Part shown: piece by piece, positions 53,381 to 64,000 of the stretch
Layout of the letters: every line of letters begins with the position of its first letter
Numbering within the stretch: position 1 is the stretch's first letter
Source of the DNA: Eledone cirrhosa
Lineage: Eukaryota
Length of the DNA stretch: 64,000 bases
Direction of reading: 5' to 3'
NCBI GenBank assembly: GCA_964016885.1
Contig: OZ024741.1
Span: 356,376,001-356,440,000, forward strand
Notes under the pieces: generated by a model
The model's database searches: none
The model's input: only the letters and a program-made list of their open reading frames with translations
What the model was told of the DNA's origin: nothing
Position numbers and translations under genes: made by a program

Positions 53381-54645
53381 TCTACATTTAGGCCTCTCAC
53401 CCATTACATTCCTGCTAAGTCTACATCTGTGGCTACCCACTCTTCTACATTACTTTCTTATCTATCACTCAGTCTCATTCATCCTCCCATTCACTGTACC
53501 ATGTCGCCTGTATGACAAGGTATGGCATTTTGGATCTGTCTGTATTCAATACCCACAAGCCATCAGTGTAATCATTCCTAAAGATAAGTGTTTTAAAAAG
53601 GTTATTTTCATTGCCAAAGCTTCTCCATTTTGCCTTATCCTTTACACCCCATCTCACTTTTATTTCCTCCTTCATCATCTTCAACCATGTTTTCTCCATC
53701 CTCTACTTCCTTCTAAATTTATTTCCATTACTCCTCTCACCCATTCACTTCATCCTTCCTCATCACATGACCTAGCTATCTCATTCTATTTCTCTTCACA
53801 ACATTCATCACTGGTTCTATTTCCATCATTGTCTGTAGTTCATTGTTTGTCTTCCTCTCTCCTAGCAACACTCCTCTCATCGATAGTTTCATTTCTTTTC
53901 TTTCCAGCATTCTCTGCTGCACCACACATTCATCACTCATGTCTCACTCTCATAAATCGTGGCACTACTCATGCATGCAGTATACACCCCTCTCATCTCA
54001 GTAACACTCCCCTCTTCATTATTACACCACTCAGTGCCCGGAACTTCTTCCATGTGTATTTCACTCTAGCCACTGTTGCCAAGTCTGATCCACCTTCTTC
54101 ATTCAACACCAAAAAGGACTTTATATAATTAATTCATATATATATAAACGGCACATTTTTATTTTTTTTTATGTTTTTTGATGTAGCATTTTAATATTTC
54201 CATTGAAATAAAGCCTTCTATAATACTAGAATTGTTTTCAATACACTAACGCGTATGTGTGTGCATATTCATATATTTGTATGTATGTGTATAAATGCAC
54301 AGACACAGTTACAAAAATACACACTCACAGACATACATTCACACACACATTCACACAATAATTATTACACACACAGCGTTCTATATATGTGTATATAAAT
54401 ATAATCGTACAAACACATGCACTCTCATATATATACTAACACAAACACACACAGACATACATTCACACAGCGTTTCACCATCCCCTACCTTTTACACATG
54501 CAGCAGACGTAAAGAGAGAGGAGTAGTATGAGGTAGTCAAACTACTCTTTTCTCTTTACGTGTTGTGACAGAATTTCAGAAAATTATATATTCGTAATTA
54601 ATAGTTACTGTTTTACTGTATATATATATATATCTCCTGTTTTAG

Positions 54646-54711
54646 TTTACGCAGTGGTCAACTACGCAACATTGAATCTGCAAAGATCTCTCTTGTTGGG
54701 CAAATGAAATG
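54646..54711 (+). CDS. PPME1: PPME1 exon (LRSGQLRNIESAKISLVGQMK)
   Basis: SGQ.RN.ESA..S.VGQ.K; phase 2-2. Confidence 0.93.
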
Positions 54712-54739
54712 GTAAGGGATCATTTGCATCTTCCTTTTC

Positions 54740-54771
<32 letters not shown>

Positions 54772-55221
54772 CTCAAAAACATCGCGTTTTGTGCAGTGTT
54801 AACTTTTTCAATACCAAATGATGATATATATGTGTGTGTATATACATTTACATACATACACACAGTATATAATATTTAGTATTTAACTTGGTTGAAATTT
54901 CTGAAATCAAGAGTAAATTTTCCCAATAGATTCTCCACAATAAATTAATGTCTACCGTTACCCATTACCATTCATCCTTTCGGGGTCAATAAATATGTAC
55001 CAGTCTAATACTGGGATCGATTCTTCTGCTATACCTCTTTCTCACTTCCTCTATATCATGCTCTCTTCTCTGGAACAAATCGGCTGTGTTCAAACCTGAG
55101 GAGGAGATGGGCTCCACTAGATTTTAAATGGCCAAGACTCCATCAGGAGTTACAGGTCTATACATATATATACAGTTACCCAAGTTCTTCATGAACTAAA
55201 TATTTCTTTTATGTTTATTAG

Positions 55222-55456
55222 TGTTGACACAGGAAAAACAGCAACCTTTGAACAAGAACATCCCACGTCCCATCAAGTCAAACCTGCAAATAAGGACATT
55301 AGCGAAACAATCCTTGAAGAAGAGGAGGAAGAGCCAAGTGAAACTAGATTAGAGGAGACAAAGGTTGATTCTTCTGATATGCCACCTCCTCCTCCTCCAC
55401 CAAATCTGGCATATTTTTCAACTGAAGTTTCTCGTACAACATCACCAAATCAAATG
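55222..55456 (+). CDS. PPME1: PPME1 exon, acidic/Pro-rich variable loop
   Basis: ILEEEEEE parallels the PME-1 acidic tract; phase 2-0 fits both neighbours. Confidence 0.82.
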
Positions 55457-57323
55457 GTAATTTTCTGAATTTTGTATCTATCAGTAAAAAATGTATCCTT
55501 TTCTTTTTTCCTATTTTATATATATATATATTTTTATTTTTTTTATTTTCTTATAGTTTACACTTTGCATTATTGGCAAACATTGCCATTAAATACATCT
55601 TTCAATAATTAGAAATTGATTTCTTAATCAGACATTAACCCTTTCGTTATCATATTCCTAATGACATATACTGTATTTCAATTAATTAATGAAGTATTTG
55701 GAAAAATGTACTAAAATTATTGTTTCATTTGTAAGATAGTATATAGGGTTGGGGATTGGCAGAATCATTAGAGCATTGGACCTAATGGTTTGTGGAATTT
55801 CTTCTGGCTCTTTATGTTATGAGTTCAGATACCACTGAGGTCAGCTTTGCCTTTCATTCTTCTTGGAGCGATAAAATATAATACCAGTGAAATATTGGGT
55901 TTCATATGATTGTCATTCTCCTTTCCTCAAAATTGATGGCCTTGTTCTAAAATTTGAAGCCATTACTCTTTTACTCTTTTACCTGTTTCAGCCATCCGGC
56001 TGAGGCCATGCTGGGGCACCGCCATTATTAACTTAACAAAAGCTTCTTTTATTATTTAAATCAACATGATTTACTGTCACTTTTTTTTTGTTATTCACCC
56101 CAAGCAAAGCACTAAAAGCCACTAAAATGCAAGGAGTTACTGAGAGGAAAGGACAAGACAGCGAGATGATGACAATTAATGTCCCTTTTGAATTTTTGCA
56201 AATTGTAATGATCAGGAAAGCATGAAGCTGGAAGAGAATTCTATAGGCAAGATGTGCAAGGGAAGAAACCATCAGGATGGAATTTGCAATTGAATTTAGG
56301 AATTCCAACTGTAAATGGATGAAACCTAGCCCCCAATTTATTTAAACTCGTGAATACAAGGCAACAAAGTGGAAAACTCATCAGAACAATTCCCATGAAA
56401 ATATTTATAAAAAAGAGAAAGTGTGGCAACGTTCGACGGTGTGATAGTTTTCTAACATTTGTCTTCACCTCAGTAATGTATGCATGGAGTCGTTGGGATG
56501 CCATAGTGACATACAACTTTTCTTGGGCATTTTAAACTTGGCAGAGCCCTTTCCTCTCCGGAGGATTTCTTCCAGAGAAGGAGAGAGAAATAGAAACTGG
56601 TCGGATTTGAATTCAGAGAGCCAGAATGAATACTGCAAAGCATTCTATCTGACATTCTAATGATTCTGCCAATGTGCCACCTCCACCTCAGTAATACAGC
56701 TCTTTATTTACTTAATATCCAATATGGATGGAAACTACACGACAGATAAAGCAGTACCTTATCTCTCTTCCATCATTTATAACATCCAAATTGGTTGAGA
56801 GTTCAAAAATTCAGTTCAAACCCATTAACAATAGAGATTTTGCTTTGTCCATAATGTTATCTTTTATTGGGAAAGTGCAGCTTAATCTTTAGAGCACTGG
56901 AGGCAACAAAATGCACCATGGAGTAATCTCCGCTTAATAGATAATGCAGTGTCAAGGGAAACAACTCATAAAAATTACTAGCATGCTAAAGGTTCATTCT
57001 TTGAGTGTGAAAGTTATACTGTTATATCTTTTGCCTCCCATCCCTTGTATGTGTAAGATGTACTGGCAACTTTTAGTTTAGTTTATGAAGCACATATCCA
57101 GACAAAATAAATATAGCAACTTTCATCAAAATATATTTTTTATTCTATTTTTCTTTTGTTTTAACCATTTTTTTTTTTTATTGAAAACATTAATATGAAA
57201 TCACAGCTAAGGACAGTAAAATACCAAAAATGTCACTGGCACACAAAAATTTAATAGGTTACACCCTTGGAAGATTTTTATTATTCAACAATGATTGTTA
57301 ATTATGTTTTTATTAAATTACAG

Positions 57324-57387
57324 AGCAGCAGTTCACATCAATATACTTGGAGGATTGATTTATCAAAGACAGATAAATATTGGTCTG
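57324..57387 (+). CDS. PPME1: PPME1 exon (SSSSHQYTWRIDLSKTDKYWS)
   Basis: YTWRI.L.KT.KYW motif; phase 0-1. Confidence 0.92.
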
Positions 57388-58059
57388 GTAAATATATTTC
57401 TCTGTTAACTGTCAGTATCAAGAATTTGGAGTGATTTAACAATATAACTTACTCTCTCATTATTAAGCTCGTGTTTAGGGCTGTGGATTAGCAGAATCAC
57501 TAGGGTGTCAGACAACATGCTTTGCAGCATTTGTTTCAGCTCTTTACATTCTGAGTTCAAATCCCACTGAAGTGAACTTTACCTTTCATCCTTTCGAGGT
57601 TGATAAAATAAAGTACCAGTCAAGTACTGGGATCAATTTAATCAATTTTCTTCTCCCACAAAGCTAATGTTTGGAACATAACAAAGGTTCTTACATAACA
57701 TTATGATGGAAAATTTTTAGATAAATTTAAACTTGTTAAAAACAGATAAATAAAAACACTTTAAAATAAACAGTTTTGTATTGTAGAACCAGCGACGATT
57801 TCAGACGGTTTGGTATCAAAAGGGTTTAAAATTTGTCAGATTATTTTAATTTTTATTACATTAATATTTACTGTTCAGTCATATGTTGTGTTTTGTTTTA
57901 GCAACTATGAGATGATTAAGTTGTACGGTTTATTCTTAATAGTCCTACATAAACGTTACTTAGATAGGAATTTCATGTTTACAGTTCATTATAAAAAAAA
58001 TTCTATTCAATGTTTTACGCATTTATTGATAATTTCTGATTTTCATACTATATTTACAG

Positions 58060-58125
58060 GTTGGTTTAAAGGACTTTCTGTGAAATTCTTATCATGTAAC
58101 GTTCCAAAATTATTATTACTTGCAG
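58060..58125 (+). CDS. PPME1: PPME1 exon (WFKGLSVKFLSCNVPKLLLLA)
   Basis: GWF.GLS..FLSC..PKLLLLAG; phase 1-1. Confidence 0.95.
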
Positions 58126-58610
58126 GTAAGCTTTTGCATTTGAATTCTTTATTTTTCTGATGAGCAAATGTTTTATAGTGTGTTCATGTTTAGAGCATAA
58201 TTCTCATTTTTGTTTTTAAATTTTAAATTCTTGTTTCATTTGAATGTCATGGTACTAAATTATCAGACACTAGTTGAAAGATGTCTTTTTGAAGTATCTG
58301 TTCATATAAGACATTCTTATGTGCAGTATTGATTTTTCTAGAGACAAAGGCTTAAATGATAAGAGGTAATTGTCAGTTGTTAATGAGATTACAAAGCTAA
58401 CTGAATAAAGGCAGGGAAGAGAGTACTCCATCTATACATGCCATAGTAAAACAGCTAGACAAAAGATTGATGTTGGTAGCTATGGATAGGTAGATGCAGC
58501 TTTACTAATAGATTGCCATACCTTATTATGAAAGTCCTACAGTTTCCATTCTGATTGGATTATTAGCGATGATTCTATTGTTCTTATTGTGTATATTTTT
58601 TTAATTGCAG

Positions 58611-58655
58611 GAGTTGACCGATTGGATAAAGATTTAACTATAGGTCAAATGCAAG
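58611..58655 (+). CDS. PPME1: PPME1 exon (VDRLDKDLTIGQMQ)
   Basis: PME-1 signature DRLDKDLTIGQMQG; phase 1-1. Confidence 0.95.
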
Positions 58656-60750
58656 GTAATAAGATTAACCCTTTCTTTACCATATTTGGAACTTACCAAA
58701 GATTTTTACATAAAATTATTATGGAAGGTTTTTAGATAAATATAAACACTTTAGCCCTTTTGTTACCATATCTATAATGAAAAACACTGCCTCTAATTTT
58801 CAAATTAGTTTGAAAATAATCAAGAATCTGAAGGAATTTAGTAATATAACTAACTTTCCTAATATTAAGCTGGCATTTGGAATTTAACAATGTTTTTTTT
58901 TTTTTACATAAAGTTATGATGGAAGGCATTCATGAGTTTTATATCGAATAATAATAATATTTTATTCATTTGCAAGAAAACAGCCTCATTACACCATGTG
59001 TTTTAGATGACCATTGCCATCCTTTTGTTCTAGCGATGACAGAGAGAAAATTTTGTTTTTATGATAGAAAGGTTTTAGATAGATATAAACACTTCAAAAT
59101 ATAGTATATTAGTGTAAAACCTGGGGCAGTTTAGTATCAAAAGATCTACACAGAAAACAATATTATTTCTAGATTATTAAATGCACACATGACATTACGC
59201 TGTTGTCACCACCATCCATTGTCACTTACCAATGACATCAAACTTATTATCATCCTCCCTACTCCATGACATCCTACCCCACCCTATCATATCTATCCCT
59301 CCCTATAAAGTAGAGAGGGCTCTTTAGTTGTGCCAATAATCAACAACCTCCCTAGTGCTAGTACCACAATAAAACACACCCAGTATACTTTGTCAAAAAG
59401 GGTTGAGAGAACTCATCAATGTGTCCTGGGCACAGCCACCTCTCTTGTGTTGGCAACTCAAAACATACCCGGTACACCCTGTAAAGTGATTGGTTATAGG
59501 AAGGACATCCAGCCATAGAAAACTTGTCAAACAAAGGGTAGAAATGACTTTTCAGTTGTCAAAGGTATGACAACCTCCCTAGTGCTGGTGCCATGATTGT
59601 ATGGCACACATTGTAAAGTGCAAGAACATGTAAGCAAAATGGGTCCATTTGAGAGATCAGTGACTCCAATTGTGTGCTGGCTTGGTCTTTGACAATTCAT
59701 TCAACCCTTGCTGACAGGGAAAATGGATATTAAATGATATGTAATTTGTATCATCTCATAGATAAATTAACAAATATTTTAGGATCATCTGCCTGAAGCT
59801 GCTATCTTTCTCTGTTTCCCTATATTTTTAGCAAGATAAGCACACCCAGTACACACTGTAAAGTGATTGGTGATATGAAGGGCATCCAGCTGTAGAAAAC
59901 CTGCCAAATAAAGTGGCAGCTGTGTCAAATAATGACAACTTCCATAGTGCTTGTGCCAATGTAAAATGTTCTCAGTAGAGCACTGAATCATGTCAGTCCC
60001 TCAGCCCGGCTGAAGGTTAGGGGCTCTGCTTGAGTACTAACCGGTCTGTGATGTCACACCCAACCCTTCCTTGTTAGCAGGGAATTAAATACCTGTGATA
60101 AAATTTGACAGCCATTTTGAATTTGCCTCCACTATATCTACCTAATTACTCTAAACTTTTTATATATTTGAGTTTTTCATTGTGTTTATCTAATTATTAA
60201 AGTTTATATATCTAGGTTCCCCATATAAAATGTAAAGCATTGTGAAAAAAATAAGTATAACTTAAAATATTTTTGAAAATAATTTTGTCTTTTTTATTTC
60301 CCAAAATTGTTCTACTACTATTACTACTACTAATTCTCCTCTTCCGCCTCCTCCTCCTCCTCCTCCTCCTCCATTGGTGCAGAGTCCTCAAATACTCCTT
60401 CTAGCAGGTCCTGTCAGAAGCAATCATCTCTAATTGATCCAGCTAGATCCCCAAGCGAGACCAGCCGAGCTCACAGATTTTAACTATCCATATTGCTCTG
60501 GGTCTCCTGTCGGTTGGTTTTGTCCAGCGATTCTTTACTGGGACATCTAACCACATACCTGTAGTATCGGAGCTGTGATTTCTCAGAGAGTCGCAAAATT
60601 AAATTTGATTTACCAAATAAATGCTATAAGCAATTTAATTCATTTTCAGTATATATCATCATCATCATCAGGAAATTTATAAACTAAGATTTTACATTTA
60701 TCTCTTTCAATTATGATGCAATAACATTTTACCTTGTAATTTCTCCATAG

Positions 60751-60815
60751 GAAAGTTTCAAATGCAGGTTCTTCCTCAGTGTGGACATGCCGTTCATGAA
60801 GATGTTCCAGAAAAA
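60751..60815 (+). CDS. PPME1: PPME1 exon (KFQMQVLPQCGHAVHEDVPEK); final exon(s) beyond the window
   Basis: Catalytic His motif GHAVHED; donor GTAAGG. Confidence 0.95.
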
Positions 60816-61184
60816 GTAAGGAAATAATTTTTTGTAATGGTTAATAATTTTGATAAAGTTCATTTAAAAAAAGATATTGACTGGATTATATATTTCCTTT
60901 GAAATACAATGCATATGATTTTTAGTTAATTAAAAAAATTATCAAGAATTTGTAGAGATTTAGTAGTATAACTTTCTTGTTAAGCTAGTGTTTGGAATAT
61001 AACTTAAAAACATTTAAAATAAAATTATGATGGAAGGTTTCTTTAGATGAATATACATATACTTTAATATAAACAGTTTTAATCAGAAGTGGTTTGGTAT
61101 CTAAAGGGTTAAGTAATATATAATTATGAATAGATACATAAGTAATATATATTAGTAGTCAAATTTATTTTAGTATATCACCTG

Positions 61185-64000
61185 ATCACCTATAGATCCG
61201 GGGAACACACAAGCCAGGTAGATTATATCCTTACCAGAAGACGTGACAGAGTGTCTGTTGTAAACACTAAATCCCTCCCCCATGAAGAATGCATCTCCCA
61301 ACATAGACTGATAATTAGCGACCTCATAGTCAGGACGAGACGTACTCGACAGCAGAAGAGGACTATCCTCAGGAGAAAAATATGGAAGCTAAAGGACCCC
61401 ACAGCCAGAAATAAATTTAAAAGCATATTACTTGATGCTTTCGACAGTAAGGAAGAGCATTTAGAGTCGGACAATATAGAGGGACAGTGGGAATTTCTGA
61501 AAGCAAACCTGCTGATGGCGACAGACGAAGTCTGTGGCTGGAGCAGGCCTGTAGGCAGGAGGAGAGTAACATGGTGGTGGAATAGTAAGGTGGAGGGGTC
61601 AATTAAGGCCAAAAAGCAGGCTTGGAAAGTATGGCGGGATGGGGGAAGTAGAGAAGACTATCAAGTGGCCAGGAGGGAAGCTAGGAGACAAGTGTACTTA
61701 GCAAGAAGGGAAGCAGAGGAAAGAAAGTTCAAGCATGTTCTACAACGCGAGGACCAAAAACGTGAGGTGTTCAGGATTGCTAGGTAATGCGTCAAGGAAA
61801 ACCGTGATATTGTCGGGGAGAAGTGTGTACTTAATGATGACGGCGTACTTGCCATCACCGACGCTGATAAGAAGTTAGCTTGGAAGTGTCACTATGAAAG
61901 GCTACTAAATGAGGAGAATAAATGGGAGAAAGACAGTCTCCCCCATATCGACCCAATAGAGGGACCAGCAGTGTTAGTCGAGGGGAGTATAATAAGTAAG
62001 GCAATCAAGGATATAAAGACGGGTAAGGCGGCTGGGCCTTCGGAAATAGTTGCTGAGATGCTGAAGGCATCTGGCACGGTGGGACACACCATGGTCACCC
62101 GCATAGTTAACCAAGTCGTACAGAATGGGGTTGTTCCGAAGGACTGGCATAGCAGCATCATCGTTAACTGTTATAAGGGTAAAAGAGACGCCCTAGATAG
62201 GAGTAACTATAGAGGCATTAAATTAATCGACCAGGTCATGAAGGTCACGGAAAAAGTAATAGCGCAACTAATCAGAGAGAGAATTGACCTAGATGAAATG
62301 CAGTTCGGGTTTGTGTCAGGCAAAAGTACCACAGACGCTCTTTTCATTGTACGACAATTTCAGGAGAAGTACCTAGCTAAAGGTAAACCCCTCTACTTAG
62401 CTTTTGTCGACTTGGAGAAAGCCTTCGACAGTCCCCCGCTCCATTATCTGGTGGGCTCTTAGAAAACTAGGCGTTGACGAATGGCTTGTGAGAGCTATAC
62501 AAGCCATGTATAAAGAAACAGTCAGCAAGGTTAGAATTAACAACGAATATAGTGAAGAGTTTAGCGTAAAAGTTGGCGTCCATCAGGGCTCTGTTCTCAG
62601 CCCCCTACTATTTATTATTGCCCTTCAGGCTATAACAGAGGAGTTCAAGACCGGCTGCCCATGGGAACTCCTATACGCAGACGACCTGACACTCATAGCT
62701 GAATCAATGGCCGAGCTAGAGAAGAAATTCCAAACATGGAAGCACGGCCTAGAATCAAAAGGACTTAAAATTAACCTGGCTAAGACTAAAGTTCTAGTTT
62801 GTAGGAAAGAAAATAAGGCGGCGGTCCCTTCTGGGAAATGGTCATGCTCAGTGTGTAGGAAAGGCGTAGGTAGAAACTCCATTTTATGTCCTAAATGCAA
62901 AGTATGGGTGCATAAAAGATGTAGTGGGATCACAGGTAAGCTAACTAAGAACATAGATTTTACATGTGGCCAGTGCTCTGGTGCAATAAGTAGCAGCAAG
63001 TGCCCACAAAATACTAGCTCTTTCAATTGCGCAGAGGGTTCTATAGAAATAGTGGACAGCTTCCGTTACCTGGGCGATAAAATCAGCAGTGGGGGAGGGT
63101 GCTCTGAAAGTACAGTAGCTAGAGTCAGAACTGGTTGGAAAAAGTTCAGAGAGCTTATACCACTATTAGCTGCTAAAGGGTTCTCCCTAAAAATGAAAGG
63201 CAGGTTGTACGATGCCTGCATACGAACAGCAATGTTGCATGGCAGTGAGACCTGGGCATTGTGTGCAGAGGATATACGCAGACTAGAGAGGAACGAAGCT
63301 TGCATGCTCCGCTGGATGTGTAATAGTAATATACGTGAACGGCAAAGCATAAACGAACTAAGGAAAAAATTAGAAATAAGAGGGATCAGATGTTGTTTAC
63401 TCGAGAGAAGGCTACGTTGGTATGGACACGTGATGCGCATGAAAGTCGATAGCTGTATAACAAAGTGCAGGGCAATAAAGATAGACGGTAGCCACGGAAT
63501 AGGCAGACCTAGAAAAACCTGGGACGAGCTGATAAACTCCGACCTCACACACTTACACCTCTCCAAGACAATGTCACTGGACCGAGACCTTTGGCGGTAC
63601 TCAGTAACAGAGAAGACCTGCCTTACCTAAATACATAGTAAAACCTACTACAGCCAATAGGCATCTCTAACAAAATACACCCCGTCCCACCCCATCCACA
63701 CCACCCCGTTCTATGTAAAGTTATGTTGGTGCCGCGCCATCCAGGCCGAAACAAATGAGATCGTGTAGGTGTCACGACAAAAAAACACACAGTCCACGCT
63801 GTAATGTGGCCGTGTAGGCAACACGGTAAAAACCTCCCAGACCCACACTGTAAATGTGGTTGGTGTTAGGAAGGGCATCCAACTGTAGAAAACCTGCCAG
63901 ACAGTCCTATGCGAGCATGACAATCACTCTTGCCTCAAGTGGGACTACCCCCGTCCAAACCCATGCAAGCATGGAACACGGAAGTTAAACGTTGATGATG
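61185..64000 (+). mobile_element. RTE-clade LINE, 5'-truncated, young
   Basis: End of the APE domain (SQVDYIL, SQHRL), RT (GVHQGSVLSPLLF, YADD), PHD-like finger, 3' UTR and GATGATG tail; one stop near 61787 and one frameshift near 62430. Confidence 0.93.

Noticed and set aside
55493-55502. Second GTATCCTTTT U12-like donor
   Set aside because: Using it would include an in-frame TGA, and there is no CCTTAAC branch site before the next acceptor.

Overview
AT-rich, intron- and transposon-dense animal DNA; the SINE/RTE repeat families and microsatellites suggest an octopod cephalopod (inference). Two host loci diverge. Minus strand: the first coding exon of an isoaspartyl peptidase/L-asparaginase (ASRGL1-like, CDS 3221-3416). 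Upstream of it lies an exon (~10.3 kb to 9922) carrying a complete 76-aa ORF resembling the vertebrate mitochondrial microprotein mitoregulin (MTLN); it ends in a perfect CAG|GTAAGT donor pointing at the ASRGL1 acceptor, so this is a candidate bicistronic MTLN-like/ASRGL1 transcript. Plus strand: PPME1, reconstructed as 14 phase-compatible coding exons (30903-60815, last exon(s) outside the window), with a ~6 kb minor-spliceosome (U12-type) intron and an intron splitting the catalytic Ser codon. The rest is mobile DNA: RTE LINEs with a PHD-like finger, CR1/L2-type LINEs, CRE-like elements, a Penelope-like element with an inverted pLTR and hammerhead ribozyme motifs, a nearly intact IR/DR Tc1, a deleted mariner, tandem Helitron-like units, hAT- and Merlin-like MITEs, a Gypsy fragment and SINEs. 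All family assignments come from motifs read by eye; no database search was run.
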